Below the pieces are notes generated by a model that worked only from the letters and a program-made list of their open reading frames with translations, searched no databases and was not told the DNA's origin. Positions 1-8,693 of a DNA stretch of 64,000 bases are shown here, piece after piece (positions within the stretch are counted from its first letter, which is position 1; every line of letters starts with the position of its first letter). The DNA comes from an uncultured Chromatiaceae bacterium (GTDB taxonomy: Bacteria; Pseudomonadota; Gammaproteobacteria; SZUA-140). The translations under genes and the position numbers were made by a program. Location of the stretch: contig CAZSAK010000012.1 of assembly GCA_964605155.1 (NCBI GenBank), forward strand, positions 16,746 to 80,745. Direction: 5' to 3'.

Positions 1-683
1 CTACGCCGTTGACCTCCGCCGCCGACATTATTGCGCTCGTGGCATTGCTGGCATTGGCGCGTTTCTTTACCGCACTTGGTGCCATGGATGTCGGCACCGC
101 TTTCGGTGGCATGGGTGCCAGCCGGGAGATGACCTTCGCCGCGTTGACGGAACCCGCATTGTTGATGAGTATATTTGTTCTCTCCATGGTGGCACACAGC
201 ACGAATATGACAGCCATGATCGATATCGTGCTTAACACTGGCCTCGGTCTGCGTCCGTCATTGGCCTTTGCCCTCGCCGCCCTGGGCCTGGTGACCATCG
301 CCGAGACAGGCCGCATTCCAGTGGACAATCCGGCCACTCATCTGGAATTGACCATGGTCCACGAGGCTATGATCCTGGAATACTCCGGACGTTACCTGGC
401 ACTTATCGAGTGGGCCAACCAGATCAAACTATTGCTGTTTGCCACCCTGATACTCAATCTGTTTTTCCCATGGGGAATGGCCGGCAGTCCCGATCCCCTC
501 TATATGGTGATCGCCGCTGTTGCATGGTTCGGCAAGCTGCTAGTGCTGTTTGTGTTACTGGCACTGTTTGAAACCTGGATGGCAAAGATGCGCATCTTTC
601 GCGTGCCGGAGTACCTTGGACTGGCATTCCTGCTGGCAATACTGGGTATGCTGACCCACTATATTCTGGAGGTTGGCGTGTAA
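1..683 (+). CDS. Hydrogenase-4/formate hydrogenlyase membrane subunit, HyfC/HycD (NuoH-like), C-terminal part. The gene is truncated by the window start.
   Basis: The ORF runs from base 9 to 683 with no upstream start inside the window. It is a hydrophobic polytopic protein. The segment LELTMVHEAMILEYSGRYLALIEWANQIKLL resembles the conserved HycD/NuoH C-terminal region. Its stop codon overlaps the start of the next gene, suggesting translational coupling. Confidence 0.6.
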   Translation, partial: TPLTSAADIIALVALLALARFFTALGAMDVGTAFGGMGASREMTFAALTEPALLMSIFVLSMVAHSTNMTAMIDIVLNTGLGLRPSLAFALAALGLVTIAETGRIPVDNPATHLELTMVHEAMILEYSGRYLALIEWANQIKLLLFATLILNLFFPWGMAGSPDPLYMVIAAVAWFGKLLVLFVLLALFETWMAKMRIFRVPEYLGLAFLLAILGMLTHYILEVGV

Positions 684-1339
684 TGCAGGTCACACTCTTG
701 CAGCAATGGGTAGGTGTTGCGGCAGCTATGATGTTACTGGTTGTATTTGCGCTGCTGGCGCAACGCCACATGCATGCCCTGCTGCGCTGGTTTGCGCTTC
801 AGGGTATTGTGCTGGCGTTGACCTCGGCGCTGGTCGCAAATGTCGCTGACGTGCCTGAGCTATATATCTCAGCAATACTTGCGCTTATCCTCAAAGGTGT
901 ACTGTTACCATGGATGTTATGGCGCATCGTGATCAATCTTGGCATGCACCGTGAAGTTGAGCCCCTGGTCAATGTATCGGTGACATTGCTGATTGGTGCC
1001 GCGCTGGTGCTGTTCTCGTTTTATGTCAGCCTGCCTATTGAAAAGCTCTCACAGCTGGTAACACGCAACACCATTGCCATTGCACTGGCATGCGTACTAC
1101 TCAGCATGCTGATGATGATCACACGCCGCAAGGCAATCACCCAGGTAGTCGGCTTTCTCGCCATGGAAAACGCCCTATTCTTCACTGCAACATCCACAAC
1201 CTATGGTATGCCGTTGCTGGTGGAGATCGGGGTGGCATTCGACGTCCTGATCGCAGCACTGGTATTTGGCCTGTTCTTCTTCCAGATCCGCAAAACGTTT
1301 GATTCGCTCAATCTCGAAGACCTGGAGGATAGACAGTGA
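683..1339 (+). CDS. Hydrogenase-4 component E-like integral membrane subunit (HyfE family)
   Basis: 218 aa, several transmembrane helices. It lies between the NuoH-like and NuoM/N-like genes, as hyfE does in hyf operons. Start and stop overlap the neighbouring genes (ATGA-type coupling). Confidence 0.55.
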   Translation: MQVTLLQQWVGVAAAMMLLVVFALLAQRHMHALLRWFALQGIVLALTSALVANVADVPELYISAILALILKGVLLPWMLWRIVINLGMHREVEPLVNVSVTLLIGAALVLFSFYVSLPIEKLSQLVTRNTIAIALACVLLSMLMMITRRKAITQVVGFLAMENALFFTATSTTYGMPLLVEIGVAFDVLIAALVFGLFFFQIRKTFDSLNLEDLEDRQ

Positions 1340-2799
1340 ATCTATTCGATCTGCTCCTGGGCGCGCCATTAATTACCAGTGTCATCATGGCGTTCATGGG
1401 TCATACCCGCAGCGCAACCAGCGTAAATATCGCCGCCAGCGCGATAGCGCTGATCACCGCACTTAGCCTTGCATACCGGGTATTACAACTGGGTTCTTTC
1501 ACCGCCCACGGCCAACTTTTCTTTCTTGATGCCTATAATGTATTTCTGCTTTCATTGACGGCCTTTGTAGCCACTACGACTGCCATCTTTTCAGGCCCGT
1601 ACATGTTGCATGAACAACAGATCGGGAGGGTAACAGCAAACCGCCTTCGCCTGTATCACTCCATGTTCCAGCTGTTTGTGTTCGGCATGTACCTCGTCCT
1701 CACCACGAATAATCTCGGTGTGATGTGGATAGCACTCGAACTTGCAACGCTGGCAACGGTACTGCTCGTGTCACTTTATCGCACTCCTGCGGCTATTGCT
1801 GCCGCCTGGAAATATTTCATTATCTGTGGCGTGGGCATAGCACTTGCCCTGTTTGGCACGATTCTTATTTTTGCAACCTCATCCGACGTACTCGGCCATG
1901 GCAACGACGCCCTGACCTGGACTTTGCTCTATGACAATGCCGGTCAACTTGCCCCACGTGTCATGACAATCGCCTTTGTGTTCCTGATCGTCGGTTACGG
2001 TACAAAAGTAGGTCTTGTACCGATGCACACCTGGTTACCGGACGCCCATGGTGAAGGACCGACCCCAATATCGGCGGTGCTCTCAGGTCTGTTGTTGAAT
2101 ATCGCGCTCTATGCCCTGGTGCGCTGCAAGACACTGGTCGATGGTGCGACCCAGGGTGACCTGGCCGGTAATCTAATGATGGGTTTCGGGATGTTGTCCG
2201 TGCTGGTGGCAGCCCTGTCACTACATCGTCAACGTGATGTCAAACGCATGTTTTCATTTTCTTCCATTGAACATATGGGCCTTATGACATTTGCCTTTGG
2301 CATCGGTACGCCGTTGGCCAATTTTGCAGGGCTGTTGCACATGACAGCACACTCGCTGGTTAAGTCAGGCATCTTCTTTACCGTCGGACATGCGGCACAG
2401 GCCATGGGGACTCAACAGATGATCAATATTCGCGGACTGGTGAGCCATCATCCCGGCATTGGCTGGGGATTGTTGATCGGCACCGTGGCGATTGCTGGTT
2501 TCCCACCCTTCGGAGTTTTTACCAGTGAATTCCTGTTATTTACTGCGGCATTACATACCCATCCATGGGTCGTTGTCCCATTGTTACTGGGACTGGTAGT
2601 GGCATTCGCCGGACTGTTCCGCCACGTGCAGCCGATGGCATTCGGCGTGGTGCCTGACAACGCCGCGTCAATCAAAATCAACATGCTGCCCGTCTATGTT
2701 CATCTCGGTCTGGCATTGATATTGGGGCTTGCCCTTCCGCCTTTTCTGGCCGACTGGTACCAAACCGCCGCCTACCTGTTGCACGGTACTGCGCGATGA
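1336..2799 (+). CDS. NuoM/NuoN-family proton-pumping antiporter-like subunit (HyfF/HyfB-like)
   Basis: 487 aa polytopic protein. It carries the complex I antiporter-subunit signature WLPDAHGEGPTPISAVLSG, followed by a TM-rich region. Its coding frame overlaps the following gene. Confidence 0.8.
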   Translation: MNLFDLLLGAPLITSVIMAFMGHTRSATSVNIAASAIALITALSLAYRVLQLGSFTAHGQLFFLDAYNVFLLSLTAFVATTTAIFSGPYMLHEQQIGRVTANRLRLYHSMFQLFVFGMYLVLTTNNLGVMWIALELATLATVLLVSLYRTPAAIAAAWKYFIICGVGIALALFGTILIFATSSDVLGHGNDALTWTLLYDNAGQLAPRVMTIAFVFLIVGYGTKVGLVPMHTWLPDAHGEGPTPISAVLSGLLLNIALYALVRCKTLVDGATQGDLAGNLMMGFGMLSVLVAALSLHRQRDVKRMFSFSSIEHMGLMTFAFGIGTPLANFAGLLHMTAHSLVKSGIFFTVGHAAQAMGTQQMINIRGLVSHHPGIGWGLLIGTVAIAGFPPFGVFTSEFLLFTAALHTHPWVVVPLLLGLVVAFAGLFRHVQPMAFGVVPDNAASIKINMLPVYVHLGLALILGLALPPFLADWYQTAAYLLHGTAR

Positions 2800-4361
2800 T
2801 ATTCGCACTGAGTAAATTTCTGGCCACACTCCTTACCGAGGCCGATATCGCATGTAAATTATTACCCGGCCAACCACCTACTCTGTATATAACTATCGAT
2901 CAGTGGCTATTGACGGCAAAGATTGCAAGAGAGGCGAAACTTCGGCTGGCAGCACTCTGGGCAACACAGGAAAACGATGGTTATTGCGTACATGCAGCGT
3001 TTGCCCGACGGGGCCAAGGTTACGCACTGGTGCAATCATCGCTGGATGTAAATGCCGTCGGGTTTCCCAGTATAACATCACACTATGTTGCCGCGGTACG
3101 CATGGAGCGCATCATGCATGATATGTTCGGTCTCGTGCCCACAGATAATCCCGACCTGCGTCCATGGCTCAAACACGAACACTGGCCATCGCATACCTTT
3201 GCATTGCGAAAGGAATTTCCAGCTACGACTGAATTATCGCGGGCTGAAGGTCGTTATCCTTTTATTGAAGCGGAAGGTGATGGGGTCTATGAGATCCCAG
3301 TCGGCCCGGTGCATGCAGGCATTATCGAGCCGGGGCATTTTCGCTTTCTTGCCGTAGGCGAACAGATTTTAAATCTGGAAGAGCGGCTGGGTTATGTCCA
3401 CAAGGGAATCGAAAAAGGCATGGAAGGACGTGACGTGTTCAGCGCTGCACGCCTTGCAGCACGTGTCTCGGGCGACGCTACAGTCGCGCACACATGGGCC
3501 TTTTGCCAGGCCACAGAACAGGCTGCGGGGATCGAGATTCCACCACGCGCATTGACCATCCGTGCCGTCCTGTGTGAGCGCGAACGTATGGCGAATCATA
3601 TCGGGGACATTGGTGCCATCTGCAACGATGCGTCATGGATATTCATGCACATGCAGTGTCAACGCTTGCGTGAGGAACTGGCACGTATACACCGCAGGAT
3701 ATTTGGTCATCGTCTGCTGATGGACTGCGTGGTACCAGGCGGGATCAAAGACGATACGAATATTGATGATGTACAGCTACTCAGGATTCAAACACGAAAT
3801 ATCGCTGACGAGATGCTGGAGTTATATAACACCTATGAGGACCATACGCCTATCCGCGAACGGGTCATTGATTCCGGCAACATCAGGGCTACTGATGCGG
3901 TTGATCTAGGGCTGCTGGGTTACGCCGGCCGCAGTGCTGAGTTTGATACCGATGCGCGACGCGACGCAGCGTATGCGCCGTATGATCAATATCCGCCACA
4001 GGTTAAGGTATGTCGTGGTGGTGATGTGGCCGCACGCTTGTGGGTAAGGTTCCAGGAAATCCAGGAAAGTGCAAGCCTGATAGATACAATGTTGCGTAAC
4101 CTGCCTGATGGACCGATACTGACCCCATGGAAAATGCCTCAGCAGACTAGTTGCGGTTTTGCCGCCATTGAATCATGGCGCGGGGAAATTGTTCTGTGGT
4201 TACGACTTTCGCAAGATAACCTCATCGACCGTTGTTATATCCGTGACCCCTCTATGATCAACTGGCTTGGTCTGGAGCTGGCGGCACGTAAAGTTCCTGT
4301 ACCGGACTTCCCGCTCAACAACAAATCGTTCAACTGCTCATACTCCGGACACGACCTATGA
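2796..4361 (+). CDS. Group-4 [NiFe]-hydrogenase large-subunit homolog (HyfG/HycE-like, NuoC+NuoD fusion) that lacks the NiFe-binding cysteines (Ehr-type)
   Basis: 521 aa. The region ARVSGDATVAHTWAFCQATEQAAGIEIPPRALTIRAV aligns with the HycE N-terminal motif RICGICGFAHSTAYCQA...IRAI, but the Cys-x-x-Cys pair is replaced by Ser...Ala. The C-terminus IRDPSMINW stands in place of the DPCxxC motif. The gene sits between NuoM/N-like and NuoB-like subunits. Confidence 0.8.
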   Translation: MIFALSKFLATLLTEADIACKLLPGQPPTLYITIDQWLLTAKIAREAKLRLAALWATQENDGYCVHAAFARRGQGYALVQSSLDVNAVGFPSITSHYVAAVRMERIMHDMFGLVPTDNPDLRPWLKHEHWPSHTFALRKEFPATTELSRAEGRYPFIEAEGDGVYEIPVGPVHAGIIEPGHFRFLAVGEQILNLEERLGYVHKGIEKGMEGRDVFSAARLAARVSGDATVAHTWAFCQATEQAAGIEIPPRALTIRAVLCERERMANHIGDIGAICNDASWIFMHMQCQRLREELARIHRRIFGHRLLMDCVVPGGIKDDTNIDDVQLLRIQTRNIADEMLELYNTYEDHTPIRERVIDSGNIRATDAVDLGLLGYAGRSAEFDTDARRDAAYAPYDQYPPQVKVCRGGDVAARLWVRFQEIQESASLIDTMLRNLPDGPILTPWKMPQQTSCGFAAIESWRGEIVLWLRLSQDNLIDRCYIRDPSMINWLGLELAARKVPVPDFPLNNKSFNCSYSGHDL

Positions 4362-4371
4362 AGATAGAAAG

Positions 4372-4884
4372 ATGAAAATATTCCGCAAGATTGTTCATAC
4401 CGGTCTGATTACCGAACCCTTGGGATATGCGGAACAGGAGATTGAGGAACTGGGCGTCAGGTTATCGGAAATGGTATTGCACCGGTTCCGGGGATCGCTC
4501 GCCATCCGTATGGTGGATGCGGGGTCATGTAATGGTTGTGAACTGGAGATCCATGCCACTAACAATCCGTACTATGACCTTGAACGCTTCGGTGCTCACT
4601 TCGTGGCTTCACCACGCCATGCAGATATTCTGTTGGTGACGGGACCAGTAACACGCAACATGGAAATGGCGCTTAAGATGACCTATGACGCGACACCCGA
4701 TCCCAAGCTAGTGGTTGCTGTGGGCGAATGTGCGGCATGCGGCGGCGAATTCGGCTGCTCATATGCATCGCTTGGCAAAGTCAGTAATATCATACCCGTG
4801 AATATCGTTGTACACGGCTGTCCGCCGAATCCTACTGACATCATACGCGGAATCCTCGCCGCCGTGGAAACAAATACCACTTGA
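4372..4884 (+). CDS. Hydrogenase small subunit / NuoB-like [4Fe-4S] subunit (HyfI/HycG-like)
   Basis: The motifs GSCNGCE, GECAACGG and HGCPPNP match the NuoB/HycG cluster-N2 cysteine pattern. The start was chosen at MKIFRK (ATG at 4372). The six-frame ORF extends further upstream and overlaps HyfG. Confidence 0.8.
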   Translation: MKIFRKIVHTGLITEPLGYAEQEIEELGVRLSEMVLHRFRGSLAIRMVDAGSCNGCELEIHATNNPYYDLERFGAHFVASPRHADILLVTGPVTRNMEMALKMTYDATPDPKLVVAVGECAACGGEFGCSYASLGKVSNIIPVNIVVHGCPPNPTDIIRGILAAVETNTT

Positions 4885-4954
4885 TCAGTCAATGCGGGTG
4901 AGGCCTAACAACCCCCAAGTAAACTAGCGCTGAAACACGGTGTTCTTGCAAACC

Positions 4955-5536
4955 TCAGTCATGATGATGGTCTTCATCTTCACCATCGTGATTATCATCC
5001 CCATGATTCGACATCGCCCCCATCGGTGTTTCGGAATCCGCCTCGCCATGGCTATGGCCATCACTGCCATGATGATGTTCATCAAGGTTCGGTAGCGAGA
5101 TCACCCCCAGACCATGCCGGAAGACGAGTTCCGCGCCATGCCATGCGGTCGCGACGAGCAGGCCCGCCGCCAGTAAGGCGGCCGACAGAAACAGGGCACT
5201 AACCTGCCGGGGAGGCCGGTATTTGCGCCACGACCACACTGCAAGCACCGCGACAACGGCGAATGTCACCAGTGCGAGGTTACGATGTTCCAGCATCACT
5301 ACATGGGCGGGGTCATCATGCTTGACGGTATTGAATGCGTGCCATCCGGCACCAATCGTCATGATCGTCACGATAGCACCCAGCCAGAGATTCCACAGCG
5401 CCACCGTGAGCAGTTGCTGTTTCAGGCTCGCATGCATCACAAAACGCGTCAAGATCAACAATCCTACAGAACTACCAAGCAGCCCCAGTGTGAAATGGAC
5501 CAATATGGGGTGATAGTTTGGAATAATCTCGATCAT
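4955..5536 (-). CDS. Integral membrane protein, possibly DUF2231-type, with a C-terminal His/Asp-rich tail
   Basis: 193 aa. The N-terminus reads HPILVHFTLGLL and about four TM helices follow. The C-terminus reads HHHGSDGHSHGEADSE...NHGDDNHDGEDEDHHHD. The gene is convergent with the hyf-like operon. Confidence 0.55.
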   Translation of the reverse strand: MIEIIPNYHPILVHFTLGLLGSSVGLLILTRFVMHASLKQQLLTVALWNLWLGAIVTIMTIGAGWHAFNTVKHDDPAHVVMLEHRNLALVTFAVVAVLAVWSWRKYRPPRQVSALFLSAALLAAGLLVATAWHGAELVFRHGLGVISLPNLDEHHHGSDGHSHGEADSETPMGAMSNHGDDNHDGEDEDHHHD

Positions 5537-5625
5537 TTCATATACCTTGTATTCGGATCTAAGACTTGATCAAGATGAAGTATACAAGCAAAATTCTCAA
5601 TCCCGTTCATGATTACCAGATCGCA

Positions 5626-6795
5626 TTATTGGATATACCCGTACTCAATATTGAGGATAGACGATCGCTCACCGATATTATCGTTGAATTTTGCGTCCAG
5701 CGAAAACGCGATTCCGACTTGTACGGTATTATCCTCACCACCGCCATACAAGGCATCGCCATATTGCGTATGGATCAGTTCAGTCAAGATGTCGACGCCC
5801 TGGCCCAGGCGGTACACAAACGACGGCACAATACTCCACTGCGTCGCCGACGTCACATCCGGATAGTCCTTGTATCCCAGCGATAGTGATGCCTGCCATC
5901 GCGTCAACAGGTTGGGTCTTGAAGTAAAGCGCCACCCAGCCACCAAAGAGGTCGATTTCGCGCGCGCCTGATTGGCAACGTCGTTGACAGGGCCATTCAG
6001 ATCTCCTGTGGTGATGCCGTCTATACCTTCGTTGAAGATGGTTTGTACGGCCATCGACCAGTTGGCGCGGGGATCAAGGTTGAGATTCAGTTCAGCACCT
6101 GCGATGACGGCCTTCATCCACTCATCACCCGAAGTAGTGGTCACCTGCTGGGTATCCAGCAGTATACCGGCATGGCCCAGTCTCTTTACATAACGCAATT
6201 CAGCGGGCAGTTCAAATTGATAACCCGCTCCGTAACTGTCGAATCCTCCCGATGCCGGCACACCTGTATCGTCACCACGCATTCCGGTCCAGATATTGAT
6301 GCTTTGATAGCGGCGATCGACAAACCAGTCAAACGAGAAAATGCGTGCATGTATCTGATCAAACTCGGTACTTGATGATGCGTTGCCCACATGGGTATAA
6401 CTGAGCAGATCAGCATCATGCGGCGTGGGGAATTCGATCAGGGTATTCGGCAACAGGGTACGCCCGATTTGCACCTCTATATCACGGTTCCACATAAACA
6501 CATAAAATTTATGAAATCGAACCTCGTTCTCATTCTCTTCAAGGCCGATCACTCCGCCGGCAACACCCTGTTCATAGAGCCGCTTGTCAAGCCGCATCAT
6601 CAACAACGAGTCCCGTATGTTGATTTCACTGTCCCTGTCGGGATCTGAATCATGGTCGACGATATCGATCGTACTGATCACCCGGCCACCCAAGGTAATA
6701 CGCGGCACCACCTCCCGGTCGACCTCCAGGGCGAAGGCCGGCGGGATTGCGGTTATGAAAACCAGAACGAACAGGATATATCTTTTCATCAACAT
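5626..6795 (-). CDS. Outer-membrane beta-barrel protein, tentatively a CopB-like copper-resistance outer-membrane protein
   Basis: The start was chosen at MLMKRYILFVLVFITAIPPAFA, a signal peptide, with a GGAGGA ribosome-binding site 5 nt upstream. The protein is rich in alternating aromatic and polar beta-strand segments. It lies 16 bp downstream of the multicopper oxidase gene on the same strand. Confidence 0.5.
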   Translation of the reverse strand: MLMKRYILFVLVFITAIPPAFALEVDREVVPRITLGGRVISTIDIVDHDSDPDRDSEINIRDSLLMMRLDKRLYEQGVAGGVIGLEENENEVRFHKFYVFMWNRDIEVQIGRTLLPNTLIEFPTPHDADLLSYTHVGNASSSTEFDQIHARIFSFDWFVDRRYQSINIWTGMRGDDTGVPASGGFDSYGAGYQFELPAELRYVKRLGHAGILLDTQQVTTTSGDEWMKAVIAGAELNLNLDPRANWSMAVQTIFNEGIDGITTGDLNGPVNDVANQARAKSTSLVAGWRFTSRPNLLTRWQASLSLGYKDYPDVTSATQWSIVPSFVYRLGQGVDILTELIHTQYGDALYGGGEDNTVQVGIAFSLDAKFNDNIGERSSILNIEYGYIQ

Positions 6796-6811
6796 GGTGA
6801 TCCTCCGATAG

Positions 6812-8128
6812 TCACTGATCGACAGAAACAGCTGGTACATAGCTGGGTTCGAAATCCTCATACTCCAGCAGGGTAAGGGCACCGCCCGGGTATATACCGT
6901 TGTTACGCGCCTGAGTCGTTTTATGATCGTGAAACGTCCAGTATCCCGGGTTGTCACCATAGATCATGATGTCGTAGGTGCCTCCGGGTTCGACATGGAT
7001 GGTGTTGATATGCCTTGGATCGGGCAGGTCGTTACCGTCCTGCGCCACCCACCAGAAATCATGGCCATGCAGATGCATGTGATGACTCTGGCTGCTGGCG
7101 CTGATCAGGCGGAGGCGAATCCATTCACCCTGTTTAATCCCGATACGCCGGGTAGCCGGATAGGATTTACCGTTGATACCGAAGAAGTTAGGCCTGAACG
7201 GTATGCGATTACTTCGGCCTTGCAGATACGGGGGCACGTAATCATCATTCCGATACGCCTCGAGGAATGCCTGATAAGTCTTAAAGAAACCGTGGGTCAT
7301 CGGGTCAAGCATCCCCTTGGCCATCAGGAGATTGACCTGTTTCATGCCTTCCAACAGACCATTCATCTCTTCACGGGCAAAGTCAACATCCCATGACTCG
7401 AGCACCAGCGTGTATTCCCGTTCGTATGGAAAACGTTCCTTGAGGTGTTCGTTCCTGCGTTGGATGATGAAGGCGCCGTGCATACCGGTCGAAGCATGCA
7501 ATGGCGTACCCCAGTGACAATGGTACCAGCGCGTGCCGGCCGGCTTTGCCTGAAAGCGGTAGACAAAGGTCTGGCCTGGATGAACCGGATCCTGCGTGAT
7601 CATCGGCACGCCGTCCATGGTGTAGGGAACGGCAAGGCCGTGCCAGTGGATGGTGTGCATCTCTTCGGTCTTGTTGGTGAAGTTGACCTTGATCCAGTCA
7701 CCCTCGGTCACATTGAACTCGGGTCCCGGGACCTGGCCGTTAAAGACGAACATATGTACCTGTATACCCGGCAGGATTTCATGCCGGGCGATCTTCACCT
7801 CTATGGAAAACTCCTTGTACTTCACCTCGTCATCGCGCGGCGCACCTGGCGGCTCGATCGTCATGCCCGGCTCCATGTTATGGCCCGGCGTAAACATCAT
7901 GGAATGATAGTCTTCCGTCATGTCCATCGCCTGGTGATCCGCCAAGCCGTGTTGACCGTGTCCCTCCGGCATGGGGTATCCACTGCGTGCCGACAACGCA
8001 CCACCGGTAAATACCGCAGTTGCACGCAGGAAATTACGCCGTGTTATCAGCCTTCCGGATTGCTGATCCCGTCTTTTACTTCCGGCACTCACTTGATGAA
8101 GCCGTTCTTTCCCGGTGTCTTTCATCAT
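6812..8128 (-). CDS. Tat-secreted multicopper oxidase (CopA/CueO-like)
   Basis: It has a twin-arginine signal (RRNFLRATAVFTGGALSA). The copper-ligand motifs HWHG, HCHWG...H and HMHLHGHDFWW are present. Confidence 0.8.
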   Translation of the reverse strand: MMKDTGKERLHQVSAGSKRRDQQSGRLITRRNFLRATAVFTGGALSARSGYPMPEGHGQHGLADHQAMDMTEDYHSMMFTPGHNMEPGMTIEPPGAPRDDEVKYKEFSIEVKIARHEILPGIQVHMFVFNGQVPGPEFNVTEGDWIKVNFTNKTEEMHTIHWHGLAVPYTMDGVPMITQDPVHPGQTFVYRFQAKPAGTRWYHCHWGTPLHASTGMHGAFIIQRRNEHLKERFPYEREYTLVLESWDVDFAREEMNGLLEGMKQVNLLMAKGMLDPMTHGFFKTYQAFLEAYRNDDYVPPYLQGRSNRIPFRPNFFGINGKSYPATRRIGIKQGEWIRLRLISASSQSHHMHLHGHDFWWVAQDGNDLPDPRHINTIHVEPGGTYDIMIYGDNPGYWTFHDHKTTQARNNGIYPGGALTLLEYEDFEPSYVPAVSVDQ

Positions 8129-8237
8129 GACCTCCGCCTAGGAAATGTTTATTAGATATTTTCAGTGCGCGGCATCAACCGATGGATTTCCACGCTGTCT
8201 AACTGGATAGGTTATGTGTGGCGCTTGGCCACAAGGA

Positions 8238-8612
8238 TCAGGCGCTGTGGATAGGAGGTTTGATATCGACGGGAATAAAGATGCTAACGCTGTGAACGGG
8301 CAGGTTTAACAGTCGTTCATGAACAAGAGATGTAACATGTGCACCGGTGATCGAAACCATCATGTAACAATGAGAACAGGACTGACATTGTCCTGCATGA
8401 TGACTGTCGTGCGGTGAGCTGGAAAACGGATCGTGGTTGACGGGGCCGATATCGTGTTGCGCAGTCATATCATGTGACTGGTATGCATGGGGGACATTGC
8501 CCGCATGGATGGATTCCTGCACATTCAATCCGGCATGACAATTCATGACGGGCGTGATGGCGATCACCAGCACTATCAATATATGAATTGTTTTTCTGAA
8601 TCGAGGAATCAT
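8238..8612 (-). CDS. Small secreted His/Cys-rich protein, a putative periplasmic metal-binding protein
   Basis: It has a signal peptide (MIPRFRKTIHILIVLVIAITPVMNCHA). The mature part, about 100 aa, contains many His residues and a CQSCSHC motif. It lies between cbbR and the multicopper oxidase on the same strand. Confidence 0.4.
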   Translation of the reverse strand: MIPRFRKTIHILIVLVIAITPVMNCHAGLNVQESIHAGNVPHAYQSHDMTAQHDIGPVNHDPFSSSPHDSHHAGQCQSCSHCYMMVSITGAHVTSLVHERLLNLPVHSVSIFIPVDIKPPIHSA

Positions 8613-8693
8613 GATGCACACTATCTCAGCTCTGCCTACATCATCATATTCCATTGCATGGAAAGGAACAAGTCACGCTTATATTCATACGCA

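Noticed and set aside
6812-8128. I considered whether the copper protein was a NirK-type nitrite reductase
   Set aside because: Its length (438 aa), Tat signal and the HxHG/HCHW/HMHLHGH motif arrangement fit a multicopper oxidase better than the two-domain NirK pattern. I cannot fully exclude NirK without an alignment.
7445-8155. A 236-aa plus-strand ORF
   Set aside because: It is antisense to the multicopper oxidase gene, which has clear copper-ligand motifs and a Tat signal. It has no ribosome-binding site or motifs and is a typical GC-frame artefact.
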